The position numbers were made by a program, and so were the translations under genes. The notes beneath the pieces were generated by a model. It saw nothing but the letters and a program-made list of their open reading frames with translations. It was not told where the DNA came from and did no database searches. From assembly GCA_965203805.1 (NCBI GenBank), contig OZ241917.1, positions 5,728,001 through 5,792,000 of the forward strand: a stretch of DNA of 64,000 nucleotides, read 5' to 3'. Origin of the DNA: Candidatus Latescibacterota bacterium (GTDB taxonomy: Bacteria; Latescibacterota; UBA2968; GCA-2709665). Positions 51,324 through 60,919 of the stretch are shown here, in pieces (within the stretch, counting starts at the first letter, position 1; the number at the start of each line of letters is the position of its first letter).

Positions 51324-52190
51324 ATGATTCCCAGCCCATTCGACTATCACGCGCCGAAGACCCTGAGAAAGGCGCTCAGTCTGCTTCAGGAACACGGCGG
51401 CGACGCGAAGATCCTGGCAGGCGGCCACAGCCTGATCCCGCTGATGAAGCTGCGGTTCGCCTCGCCGGCAACCCTCATCGACCTGGGCGGCATTTCGGGT
51501 CTGCGGAAGGTCGTCGCGGGAAACGAAACCATCTCGATCGGCGCCCTTGCGACGCACCATGCCGTCGAGAGCCACCGGCTGCTGAAATCCAGATGCGGCC
51601 TGCTCCCTGAAACCGCGACGGCGATCGGCGACGTCCAGGTGCGCAATCGCGGCACGGTAGGCGGAAGCCTGGTCCATGCGGATCCCGCAGCGGACTGGCC
51701 GGCCACCATGCTGGCGTTGAACGCGGAACTCGACGTCTCCGGCCCCGGGGGCGACCGGAGCGTTGCCATCGGCGATTTCTTCGAAGACCTGCTCACCACC
51801 GCCATCGGCGACGACGAAATCCTCACCCGCATCCGCATCGCCACGCCGCCGGACGGTTCCGGAGGCGCGTACGTCAAGATGCATCAGTCCGCTTCGGGAT
51901 TCGCCATCTGCGGCGTTGCCGCGCAGGTCACACGGAGCAACGGCGCCTGCGCGTCGGTCGCCATCGGCGTGACGGGCGTTTCGGCGGTGGCCTACAGGGC
52001 TTCTGCCGCGGAAGCCGCGCTGCAGGGCGGACCGCTCAACGCCGAGACCATCGCCGCGGCAGCCGACAAGGCCGCCGACGGCGTGGACGACTATCAGGAA
52101 GACCACCACGCCTCGGGCGAGTACCGGGCGCACCTGGCCAGGGTCTTCACCCGCCAGGCGCTTACTCGTGCCGCCGAGCGTGCCGCCTGA
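51324..52190 (+). CDS. coxM: CO dehydrogenase-like FAD subunit
   Basis: LAGGHSLIPLMKLR, IGDVQVRNRGTVGGS, ADPAAD. Confidence 0.9.
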   Translation: MIPSPFDYHAPKTLRKALSLLQEHGGDAKILAGGHSLIPLMKLRFASPATLIDLGGISGLRKVVAGNETISIGALATHHAVESHRLLKSRCGLLPETATAIGDVQVRNRGTVGGSLVHADPAADWPATMLALNAELDVSGPGGDRSVAIGDFFEDLLTTAIGDDEILTRIRIATPPDGSGGAYVKMHQSASGFAICGVAAQVTRSNGACASVAIGVTGVSAVAYRASAAEAALQGGPLNAETIAAAADKAADGVDDYQEDHHASGEYRAHLARVFTRQALTRAAERAA

Positions 52191-52290
52191 AAGCGTCAGA
52201 GCATCCGAACAGATCATCGCGTGCGCCCGGTAGAATCGCCGGGCGCACGCGAGCACGTACCCACCCGCCGTTACCCCGGAGGAGGCGCAT

Positions 52291-52800
52291 TTGAGACTGA
52301 AGGGCACGCATACGATCAACGCGCCGCGCCAGCGGGTCTTCGACCTGCTCACCGACCCCGAGGCCCTCGCCAGGTGCATTCCCGGCGCCCGCAAGCTGGC
52401 GCTTGTCGGCGAGAACACGTACGAACTGGAGATCAACGCCGGCGTGGGGCCCATCAGAGGCAGTTACAGCGGTACGGTCCGCCTGGAAGACCTGGATCCG
52501 CCCGGACACTATCGCATGGTCGTGGATGCGAAGGGCAAGACCGGGTTTGTCAAGGGTGAGGGAAGCATCGACCTCGCCGACGAGGACGACGGTACGCAGG
52601 TATCCTACAACGGCAACGTGCAGCTTGGCGGCCCCGTGGCGGCGGTGGGACAGCGGCTGCACCTGAGTGTCTCGAAAATGATGACGCGCCAGCTCTTCGG
52701 CGCCATCGAGGCCGAAGCCAACGCTGCGCCCGGAGAATCCGTCAAGCATGGCATCCTGCGGGACTATCTGCGCGGCAAGAAGCCAGGCGCCGGGCAATAG
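52291..52800 (+). CDS. coxG: CoxG (SRPBCC) protein
   Basis: VFDLLTDPE.LARCIPG, GVGPIRG.Y.G.V, GG.VA.VGQR; follows coxM. Confidence 0.82.
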   Translation: MRLKGTHTINAPRQRVFDLLTDPEALARCIPGARKLALVGENTYELEINAGVGPIRGSYSGTVRLEDLDPPGHYRMVVDAKGKTGFVKGEGSIDLADEDDGTQVSYNGNVQLGGPVAAVGQRLHLSVSKMMTRQLFGAIEAEANAAPGESVKHGILRDYLRGKKPGAGQ

Positions 52801-52834
52801 CGTTGCGAGCCCGGACCGGAGAGTCGAGTTCCCC

Positions 52835-53200
52835 ATGCCCCATATCAACTGGAACGACGTCCCCGTCAACGACCTCGCGCCCGGCGTGCGTATCCGCGCG
52901 CCGTACGGCGAGAATCTCATGATCTCCCTGCTGGAAATGGACGAAGGCGCGGTGGTGCCGCTGCACCATCATCCTCACGAGCAGGGCGGAATCATGCTCG
53001 AAGGACGGGTCGAGCTGACGATTGGCGACGTCACCCGTACGGTCGAGAAGGACGACGCCTACCTCATCCCGCCCGATGTGCCACATCGAGCGGTGGCCGT
53101 GGACGGCCCGGCGGTTGTGCTGGACATCTTCAGCCCGGTCAGGGAAGACTACGTGGAACTGGGCAACCGCTACATTCCTCCGGATGACCGGTCGGGATAG
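52835..53200 (+). CDS. Cupin domain protein
   Basis: PLHHHPHEQ, IPPDVPH, LDIFSPVREDY. Confidence 0.88.
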   Translation: MPHINWNDVPVNDLAPGVRIRAPYGENLMISLLEMDEGAVVPLHHHPHEQGGIMLEGRVELTIGDVTRTVEKDDAYLIPPDVPHRAVAVDGPAVVLDIFSPVREDYVELGNRYIPPDDRSG

Positions 53201-53204
53201 CCAG

Positions 53205-53325
53205 GCCGTGAGACGGGAGACCGGAGGCATAAAGGAAGAACCAATCGGGCAAGGACGTCTTCTACCGTCTCCCGTCTCCCCTCTCACCGCTTTCAGTTCT
53301 TCATTCTTCCTTTTTCAGGTTTTTA
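53205..53325. repeat. CCGTCTC-heptad repeat family, copy 3
   Basis: GTGAGACGGGAGAC left arm; ACCGTCTCCCGTCTCCCCTCTCACCGCTTTCAGTTCTTC right arm. Confidence 0.65.
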
Positions 53326-53327
53326 CC

Positions 53328-56300
53328 CTACTGTGACTTCGCAGGATCCGTAGACTTGAGTAAATTCCCTGCAAACCCCCTCAGAAAACGCCTCAGGTCA
53401 TCCAGATACGTATAGAACAGCGGAACCACGAAGAGCGTCAGGACCGTGGACGACAAGAGGCCGCCGATCATCGTGATGCCCAGCGGAGCGTAGGGCGTAC
53501 CGAGCATGGTCGCGGATCCCGCGGCCATCGGGAACAGTCCGAAGACCGTTGTGAAGGTGGTCATCAGAATCGGCCGGAACCGGTTGTATCCGGCCTCCTC
53601 GATCGCCTGCGACCGGCTCATGCCGCTCCCCCTCAACCGATTGATCATATCCACCAGCACGATCGCGTTGTTCACGACCACGCCGATAAGCAGAATGATA
53701 CCCATCTGGGCCATTTTCCCCATGACGGTGTTCGTCAGGAACAGACTCCAGTACACGCCCAGAAACGCGAAGGGGATCGACAGCAGGACCGCGAACGGAA
53801 GCACGAAGGACTCGAACAGCACGCCCATTAACAGGAAGACGCAGGTAATCGCCATCGCGATTGCGAACGACATCGTATCGTCGGACTCCTGGAACCTGGA
53901 ATAGGTCTCTCCCTTGTTCCAGGAATACCCCCGCGGCATGGCGAATCCCACCATCGCGCGGTCGATCTGTTCCCACAACCCTTTCAGGTCTTCCTGCGTT
54001 GTAAATGCCCGCACCCGCATCCGCATCTTTCCGTCCTCGCGCCGAATATTGCCGCTGCCTTCCGTAATGTTGAACGAGGCGAATGCCGAGAGGGGAATCT
54101 GGGTACCGGTATTCGAGCGAAATGGGAACTTCTTGAGTTGTGCCAGCGTCTGGCGATCGTCTTCGTCCATGAACAGCCGGACCGAAATCATCCGGTCGTC
54201 GTCGTGATACGGCGCCAGGTTGACCCCGCGCAACTGGTAGGAAATGCTGCGGCCCACGGCCCGGGCGGAAATCCCGTACGCGTGCGCCTGTTCCTTGTTG
54301 ATGAGCACCTGCACTTCCTTTTCCGCGTATTCCAGGTCGCTGTCCACGCTGACGACGTCCGGAATCGCCTCCACCCGCTGTCGCACGGCCTCCGACAGCC
54401 GCGCCAGCAGATCGATGTCGTCTCCGTAGAGATAAACCGAGACTCCCGGCTCACTGCGCCACCGCGTCTGAACCATCACCCGCACACCGACGAATTTCGG
54501 TATGTGTTTCTTGGTGTCTTCGATCACCTCGGCTCGCGTCATCCACCCCTTTACGGGAATACCGGCCTTCTTTCGAACGCTCTTGTAAAACTGGTACCAC
54601 CAGTCCCTGTTCGGTTCTTCTTGAAGATACACCCGGATAAAGCCCCGCTGCCGCCAGTATCCCAGCCGCACGGTTTCTATCCGGTAGGTGTCCCGTTTGC
54701 TGTCCAGGAAATCTTCGATCTGAGTCGCGATACGCTCCATTTCCGCCCGCTTGAAAAACGGAGGGGCGTTGAAACGAATGAAAAACTCGTTATTTACCCG
54801 GGCGCGTCCTGTGGTTTCTTTAACGTTCGACGCCGGATAGAAGACGGAAACGAACAGGATGATAAAAACAAGCGAAGCATCCCGCCGGTGGTTCAGAACC
54901 CACCCCAGGCCGCGCTGGTACCGGCGCCGCAGCCACCGGATCGACCGCGGGTCCTTCCTGGCGGCGTGCCTCCCCAGAAGCTTCGCCGCAAGGGGTATGA
55001 AGATCAGCGCTACGAAGAGAGACCCCAACAGCGACACGACCACCGGAATACCGACCCTGGTGAGTTCAAAGGTCAGCCCGGCTCTTCCCGTCATAAACAT
55101 CAACGGCATGAAGACCACCACCGTGGTCAGCGTCGCCATCGATATGGCCATGCCCACCTCGCTGGCCCCGGTAACGGACGCCTCGTGCGCATCCATTCCC
55201 TTCGCCCGCATCCGATAGATGTTTTCCACGATCACGATCGCGTTATCCACCACCATTCCCATCCCCACCATCAGGCCCATCATGGTCAGCAGATTCAACG
55301 ACCAGTCCAGAAAATAGAGCGCGGAAATCGTCATCATGATGCACAATGGGATCGACAGGGTAATCAGGGCCGTCATCCGCACGGCACGGAGGAAATACAG
55401 CAGGATCAGGGAGGCGAACAGGGCCCCCCAGATCGCGGTCGTTCGAATATTGTCTATCGAATCCCGCACCGCCCGGCCTTGATCCCACATGACGTTGAAT
55501 TGTGCTCCGGTTTCCTCGCCGATCCGTTCCAGTTCCTCCTTCACCCGGACCGAAACGTCCACGACGTTGGCGCTCGATTCCTTGTACACGTCGAGCCCGA
55601 CGGCTTCCTTGCCATTGATTCGCCAGGATCCCAGGCGCGGCGGCATTCCGAACAGCACGCCTCCCACGTCGGATACGGTGACGGGATCCAGACCGTTCGA
55701 CCGCCTGATAGGTATCCGGCGGATCTCGTCCATGTCCCTATACCGCGCCAGGGAGCGGATGAAGTACTTCTTACCGCCCTCCTGCAGGTAACCGCCGGCC
55801 AGCGCGAAGTTCTCTCCCTGCAACGCCTGCACAACGTCTGCGGGCCGGACGCCGAGGGAACGCATGCGCGCCTGTAGCACAACGACCATGATCTCCTTCT
55901 GGAATCTCCCCCAGAAGGAAATTTTCGCCACACCGTCGATCCGCTCCAGGCGTCGTTGAACCCTGTCTTCGATGAAGGACTGGATATCGTCCAGGCCCTC
56001 CGGCGGGGCCACCCCCATCCATATGATCTCCTGGTCGGTCTCCTCGTTGTATTTCCACACCCCCGTCCTTTCGCGTTTCTCGGGAGGCAATTCCAGTTTC
56101 ATGCGGTCCAGCCGGTCCATGACCTGGTTATAGGCCAGAGACATGTCGGTTTCCGGGCGAAACCTCAGACCGGCATTCGCCCAGTCCTTGCCGGCCCACG
56201 TTCGCATTGACTCGAGGTTTTTCACCGTTCCGAGATAGGTCTCGAACAGCCTGCAAATTTCCTGGTCGTTCTCCTTGGGCGACGTATCCCGGCTATCCAC

Positions 56301-56462
56301 CCACACCCACAGCCGTTTCCACTCCCACCCGGACGGAAAGGCCTGAAGGCGTATCTTCGCATATGACACGCAACCGATCACCAGCAGCGCCACGAGGCAC
56401 ATGGCCACCGTGACCGGCCGGGAAATGGAAATCCGCGGCAAGAGCGCTTGTCGGTCTTTCAC
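53328..56462 (-). CDS. AcrB/AcrD/AcrF-family RND transporter
   Basis: ISRPVTV, GMVVDNAIVIVENI, GVVVNNAIVLVD, RFRPILMTT; GTG start at 56462 after GGAG. Confidence 0.92.
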   Translation of the reverse strand: MKDRQALLPRISISRPVTVAMCLVALLVIGCVSYAKIRLQAFPSGWEWKRLWVWVDSRDTSPKENDQEICRLFETYLGTVKNLESMRTWAGKDWANAGLRFRPETDMSLAYNQVMDRLDRMKLELPPEKRERTGVWKYNEETDQEIIWMGVAPPEGLDDIQSFIEDRVQRRLERIDGVAKISFWGRFQKEIMVVVLQARMRSLGVRPADVVQALQGENFALAGGYLQEGGKKYFIRSLARYRDMDEIRRIPIRRSNGLDPVTVSDVGGVLFGMPPRLGSWRINGKEAVGLDVYKESSANVVDVSVRVKEELERIGEETGAQFNVMWDQGRAVRDSIDNIRTTAIWGALFASLILLYFLRAVRMTALITLSIPLCIMMTISALYFLDWSLNLLTMMGLMVGMGMVVDNAIVIVENIYRMRAKGMDAHEASVTGASEVGMAISMATLTTVVVFMPLMFMTGRAGLTFELTRVGIPVVVSLLGSLFVALIFIPLAAKLLGRHAARKDPRSIRWLRRRYQRGLGWVLNHRRDASLVFIILFVSVFYPASNVKETTGRARVNNEFFIRFNAPPFFKRAEMERIATQIEDFLDSKRDTYRIETVRLGYWRQRGFIRVYLQEEPNRDWWYQFYKSVRKKAGIPVKGWMTRAEVIEDTKKHIPKFVGVRVMVQTRWRSEPGVSVYLYGDDIDLLARLSEAVRQRVEAIPDVVSVDSDLEYAEKEVQVLINKEQAHAYGISARAVGRSISYQLRGVNLAPYHDDDRMISVRLFMDEDDRQTLAQLKKFPFRSNTGTQIPLSAFASFNITEGSGNIRREDGKMRMRVRAFTTQEDLKGLWEQIDRAMVGFAMPRGYSWNKGETYSRFQESDDTMSFAIAMAITCVFLLMGVLFESFVLPFAVLLSIPFAFLGVYWSLFLTNTVMGKMAQMGIILLIGVVVNNAIVLVDMINRLRGSGMSRSQAIEEAGYNRFRPILMTTFTTVFGLFPMAAGSATMLGTPYAPLGITMIGGLLSSTVLTLFVVPLFYTYLDDLRRFLRGFAGNLLKSTDPAKSQ

Positions 56463-56630
56463 GCGAAACTCCTGAAGGATTCGGAGTCGAACAACCGGTT
56501 CATCGAAAGCGGTACAGATAAAAGATACACATCCGGTGTCTCGGAAAGCAAATATTCGATGCGGACGGACGCGGGCATGTCCGCAAAAGGCAAGCATGAA
56601 GACACTCACACGGAGGCACAAAGGGAAAAA

Positions 56631-57111
56631 CAGCAATTGGCATTCAGCGATCAGCCGTCAGCTTGAAGCAAAAGACATACAGCCGGAGGCAAACCAATTG
56701 ACGTCAGCGCCGTGGAGCGGTAAGCCCGGAAGCACACAGACCTCTCCCCCCGGCCTGCCTGCGCCTGCCTGTCCCGTTGGAACGGCAGACAGGCCGAGTT
56801 CTGCTCGGCAGGCAGGCCCCCTCTCCCGGGGGGAGAGGGGGAGGAAAACCAGGATTTGGACCAACATATCGAGCGAAATGGGATCGTGGTTTCGATGGAT
56901 AAATCGACGCCGCACGGAATCCGTAGGGGCGGCGCATGAGTCGCCCCTACAATCGCCATAAGGCCACGAATGCCATCGTCTTCGTCAACGACGTATCTGT
57001 AGGGGCAACCCTTGTGGTTGCCCGCATTTCCGAACCGGGCTTGTGTGGCTGCTGCCTTTGATTTTCGTTTTTGATTCTGGCTGACTGCTGACGGCTGAGA
57101 GCTGATAGCTG
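56631..57111. repeat. Cluster of REP-like elements: inverted GCTGA heptad arms, nested CCTG hairpins, two GTAG-type REPs
   Basis: CAGC..TCAGCGATCAGCCGTCAGC (56631-56662) vs GCTGACTGCTGACGGCTGAGAGCTGATAGCTG (57080-57111); GTAGGGGCGGCGCATGAGTCGCCCCTAC (56923-56950); GTAGGGGCAACCCTTGTGGTTGCCC (56999-57023). Confidence 0.75.
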
Positions 57112-57140
57112 CATTTGACGGCCTTTTTTTCCGTTTCCCC

Positions 57141-57169
57141 TTGACAGATGATGGTCAAAATCCTATGTT
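57141..57169 (+). promoter_or_regulatory. Sigma70 promoter of the pheST leader
   Basis: TTGACA-17-TATGTT just before T-box stem I. Confidence 0.7.
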
Positions 57170-57176
57170 CTCACCC

Positions 57177-57486
57177 AAAGCGATGACGGAGGAAAGTAAG
57201 CCGTCCCCAGCCGGAAAGGGAGGGGGCGCCCCGGACTGAAAGCGCCCTCGCGGCATGAACGGCCGAAGTTCCCTCTCGAGCTGCAACGCTGAATGCGATT
57301 GCCGGATATGGTCCCGTTTCGAAAGTAGATCCCGGCAACCGTTACTAGGTGGCGCCGGTGGCTCCCGCCGACAACAGGGAGGGGCGGTAACGGCCGCCTG
57401 TCAAGCGGCGCCTGAAGGGCGCAAATAGGGTGGTACCGCGGAAGACGTCACGTCCTTTCGTCCCTATGGGGATGAGAGGATTTTTC
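57177..57486 (+). ncRNA. T-box riboswitch, Phe (UUC) specifier
   Basis: GCGATGA..AGTA..GGGAG..GACTGAAA stem I motifs; GAAG-TTC specifier at 57269-57271; T-box AATAGGGTGGTACCGCG at 57424-57440; terminator CCTTTCGTCCC..GGGGATGAGAGG + T-run. Confidence 0.92.
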
Positions 57487-57550
57487 GTTTCGGCGGCCCT
57501 GCCGCACGGTCTTCCGTCTGTCTCGAACCCGGACTCAAGGGAGCACTGTC

Positions 57551-59137
57551 GTGGATCAATCGATCGACCTGTCGTCCCTTCACGCCCTCGAAGTCAAGAC
57601 GTTGCGCGCCTTCGAGCCCAGTGACGAACACGAGCTGACCGACGCCGTCCTGCCCGAAGCGGCGGGCATCGGTCCCGGACAGGCCCGGCGCGCCGTGGAA
57701 TGGCTGCGTTCCAAGGGTCTCCTGGACGTCGCCGGCGAAGCCACGGTCTCGACCGTGAGCCTCACCGATTCGGGTGTCGCCCAGGCCGGTCTCGGCTCAA
57801 CGCCGGAGGCCGCGCTTCTGCTGCGCGCCCAGGGAGAGCCCGCACCCACGCTGAAGCACCTGCAGGCGGATACCCGCTTCGACCGCGGAGAATGGGGCAG
57901 CGCCTTCGGCGGGCTGAAGGCCGAAGGCACGATCACGCAGGACGGCGCCTCCATCCGCATCGCCGATCCCGACAGAGCCGCCTTCTACACCGAGCGGCTC
58001 GTGCCGGGGCTGTTCGGGCGCTTTCGGGAGGCCGGCGAGGGGGCCGCGCTGAATCTGGACGACTTTACCGAAGAGATGCAGTCATATATCCGGGAAAGAA
58101 CGAGCAAACGCGGCAAGGGCAAGGCCGCCATCCGAGTGGACGAACGCCTGGAACGCACGTACAGGCTCACGCCGGCCGGTGTGGGGACGCTGGAGCGCAT
58201 TCTGGAAACCGGGCTGACGGGCGACGAGGTCTCCCGCCTCACGCCGGAGATGTTGCAGTCGGGCGCCTGGAGAAACGTCTCGTTCCGGCGTTACGACATC
58301 AGCATCAAGCCCCCGCGTATTCTCATCGGCCGCCTGCACCCGTACCGCGCCTATCTCGACGGTGTCCGGCGCAAACTGCTGTCTCTCGGGTTCGAGGAAA
58401 TGAAGGGCCCGCTGGTCGAGACCGAATTCTGGAATATGGATGCCCTTTTCATGCCGCAGTTCCACGCGGCGCGAAATATCCATGACGCCTACTACGTCAA
58501 AGAGCCCGTCCGTTCGGATGCGCCCGAAGAACCCTTCTTCTCGAATGTGGCCGCCGCCCACGCCCACGGCGGCGACACCGGCTCCCGAGGCTGGCGGTAC
58601 GAATTCAGTCCGGCCCGCGCGCGCCGCCTCATCCTGCGCAGCCAGGGTACCGCGCTGTCGGGCCGCACGCTTGCATCCGGTCCGAACGTCCCGGGGAAGT
58701 ATTTCGCGGTTGCGCGATGCTTCCGGTACGACGACGTCGACGCCACCCACGCCGCCGATTTCTTCCAGGTGGAGGGTATCGTCCTGGGCGAGGGCATCAA
58801 TTTCCGGAGTCTGCTGGGCCTGCTGAAGCTGTTTGCGCTGGAAATCGCGCAGTCGGACGAATGCCGGTTTGTGCCGGACTATTTCCCGTTCACCGAGCCC
58901 TCGGTCGAGCTCCAGGCCAGGCACCCGTCGCTGGGCTGGATCGAATTCGGCGGCGCCGGCCTGTTCCGGCCCGAACTCACGCGCCCGCTGGGCGTCGAGG
59001 TTCCGGTCATCGCATGGGGTCTGGGCATCGACCGGATGGCGATGGTGGCCCTGGACATAGACGACATCCGCGACCTGTTCAGCACGGACCTGGACCTGAT
59101 CCGGAACGAAAGAGAAAACAGGCCGGCCGCCACCTGA
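57551..59137 (+). CDS. pheS: Phenylalanyl-tRNA synthetase alpha subunit, archaeal/eukaryotic type
   Basis: 528 aa with long N-term extension; LTPEML.SG.W, FWNMDALFMPQFHAAR, DATH..FFQVEG, YFPFTEPS, AWGLGIDR. Confidence 0.93.
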   Translation: MDQSIDLSSLHALEVKTLRAFEPSDEHELTDAVLPEAAGIGPGQARRAVEWLRSKGLLDVAGEATVSTVSLTDSGVAQAGLGSTPEAALLLRAQGEPAPTLKHLQADTRFDRGEWGSAFGGLKAEGTITQDGASIRIADPDRAAFYTERLVPGLFGRFREAGEGAALNLDDFTEEMQSYIRERTSKRGKGKAAIRVDERLERTYRLTPAGVGTLERILETGLTGDEVSRLTPEMLQSGAWRNVSFRRYDISIKPPRILIGRLHPYRAYLDGVRRKLLSLGFEEMKGPLVETEFWNMDALFMPQFHAARNIHDAYYVKEPVRSDAPEEPFFSNVAAAHAHGGDTGSRGWRYEFSPARARRLILRSQGTALSGRTLASGPNVPGKYFAVARCFRYDDVDATHAADFFQVEGIVLGEGINFRSLLGLLKLFALEIAQSDECRFVPDYFPFTEPSVELQARHPSLGWIEFGGAGLFRPELTRPLGVEVPVIAWGLGIDRMAMVALDIDDIRDLFSTDLDLIRNERENRPAAT

Positions 59138-59190
59138 CGCGCTGGGAAACGGAATTCGCGCATCCCGCGCGTATGTATCAAGGAGCACGC

Positions 59191-60876
59191 ATGCCCACCA
59201 TCACCGTGATCAGGAAAGACCTCGAACGGCTCGCGGGTCAGGCCTACGACCTGCCCGAGCTCGAACGCGCCCTCGAGGCCGTCAAAGCCGAGGTCAAGGT
59301 CGAAGACGACGATCTGTTGAAGATCCAGCTGAAGGATACCAATCGGCCGGACCTGTGGTCGTCGGAGGGTGTCGCCCGGCTGCTCAAGGGTCAACGCGAG
59401 GGTGTGCACGAACCCTATGGGTTTTTCGATGACCCGCCAGGGGAACTCGAACTGCGCGTCGACCCCGCGCTGGAAGGCCTCCGTCCCTACATCGCCGCCT
59501 TCGCCTGCGAAGGGATCTCGGTGGACGAAGCGGCCCTCGATCAGCTCATCGAGGCTCAGGAAAAACTGGCGGAAGGCTACGGGCGCGGTCGAAGCGCCGT
59601 CGCCATCGGCATCTACGACGCTTCCGACGTCGCCTTTCCCGTCCGCTACGCCGCGGCCGATCCGGATGCGACCCGCTTTGTCCCGCTGGGGATGGAGACC
59701 GGGCTGACCCTTCGGGATATCCTGAGCGAACACGCCACGGGCCGAACGTACGCGCACCTGCTGGAAGGCTTCAGCGCCTTTCCCCTCATCACCGACAGCC
59801 GGGGCGAGGTCCTCTCCATGCCTCCCGTGATCAACAGCCGGAACCCGGGCGCGGTTGAGGTCGGGGACTCGTTTCTCTTCTGCGAGGCCACCGGAACGGA
59901 CCTCGACGCCGTGCTGCTTTCCGTTGCCATCATGGCCGCCAACATGGCCGACCGGGGAGGACGCATCCTGCCCGTGAACACCATCTATCCTTACGATACG
60001 CCGCGCGGGCGCGAGATCCGGTGCCCTCTGGATATGACCGAAACCGTCGAAGTCGACCTGGACGACCTCCGGCGCGTGATCGGCGGCGCCATAGACAACG
60101 AAAGCATCGAACGCGCCCTGGCCGCCATGGGGTACCGGGACGTCGCGCTGGACCGCAACCGCGTCCGGGCCCGGCCGGCGCCGTACCGGGACGATATCCT
60201 CCATCCCGTGGACCTCATCGAAGACGTTATCGTGGCGGTGGGCTTCGACAACTTCGAACCCGAATTGCCGCACGATTTCACCGTTGGCAAGTCCGCGCCC
60301 GAGGAGGACCTTGCCGACCGCATCCGCGGCCTGATGGTCGGCTGCGGATTCCAGGAAGTCTTTCTGCCGATTCTCTCGTCGCGCGCCGACCTGACGGAGG
60401 GCGTGCGCGACACCGGCGCCGGGATTGTCGAGATCTCCAACCCTATGTCCGAGAACTACAGCGCGGTTCGTAACGCCCTGCTGCCCGGGCTTCTGCGCGT
60501 GGAAGCCGCGAGCCGGAAAGCCCCCTATCCCCATCATATCTTCGAGGTGGGCGAGGTCTGCGTCATCGCGCGGGACGACCTTTACGGCACCCGTACCGAA
60601 ATCTGCCTGGCGGCGCTGGAGGCCCACGCCGACGCCAATCTCTCGGGGATCCAGAGCCATCTCGAAGCCATCGCCTACTACCTCGGATTCGACTATCGTC
60701 TCACGCCGTCCGAGCACCCCACGTTTCTGCCCGGGCGGGCGGGCGAAATCCGTTTGGACGGGAATCGCTTCGGCATCATCGGCGAAATCCATCCCGAGGT
60801 TCTGGAGAACTGGGGAATATCCGTGCCCGTGAGCGCGTTCGAGGTCAACATCGATATCGCCGGAACGCAATCGTAA
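59191..60876 (+). CDS. pheT: Phenylalanyl-tRNA synthetase beta subunit, archaeal/eukaryotic type
   Basis: 561 aa; MPTI, NRPDLWSSEG.AR, LSMPPVINS, YRDDILHPVDLIED, NPMSE, GEIHPEVL; no B2 or FDX-ACB domain. Confidence 0.92.
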   Translation: MPTITVIRKDLERLAGQAYDLPELERALEAVKAEVKVEDDDLLKIQLKDTNRPDLWSSEGVARLLKGQREGVHEPYGFFDDPPGELELRVDPALEGLRPYIAAFACEGISVDEAALDQLIEAQEKLAEGYGRGRSAVAIGIYDASDVAFPVRYAAADPDATRFVPLGMETGLTLRDILSEHATGRTYAHLLEGFSAFPLITDSRGEVLSMPPVINSRNPGAVEVGDSFLFCEATGTDLDAVLLSVAIMAANMADRGGRILPVNTIYPYDTPRGREIRCPLDMTETVEVDLDDLRRVIGGAIDNESIERALAAMGYRDVALDRNRVRARPAPYRDDILHPVDLIEDVIVAVGFDNFEPELPHDFTVGKSAPEEDLADRIRGLMVGCGFQEVFLPILSSRADLTEGVRDTGAGIVEISNPMSENYSAVRNALLPGLLRVEAASRKAPYPHHIFEVGEVCVIARDDLYGTRTEICLAALEAHADANLSGIQSHLEAIAYYLGFDYRLTPSEHPTFLPGRAGEIRLDGNRFGIIGEIHPEVLENWGISVPVSAFEVNIDIAGTQS

Positions 60877-60919
60877 ATGCCGAACGAGGCCGCGGAATCC
60901 TGCCGCCAACACGGATAAC

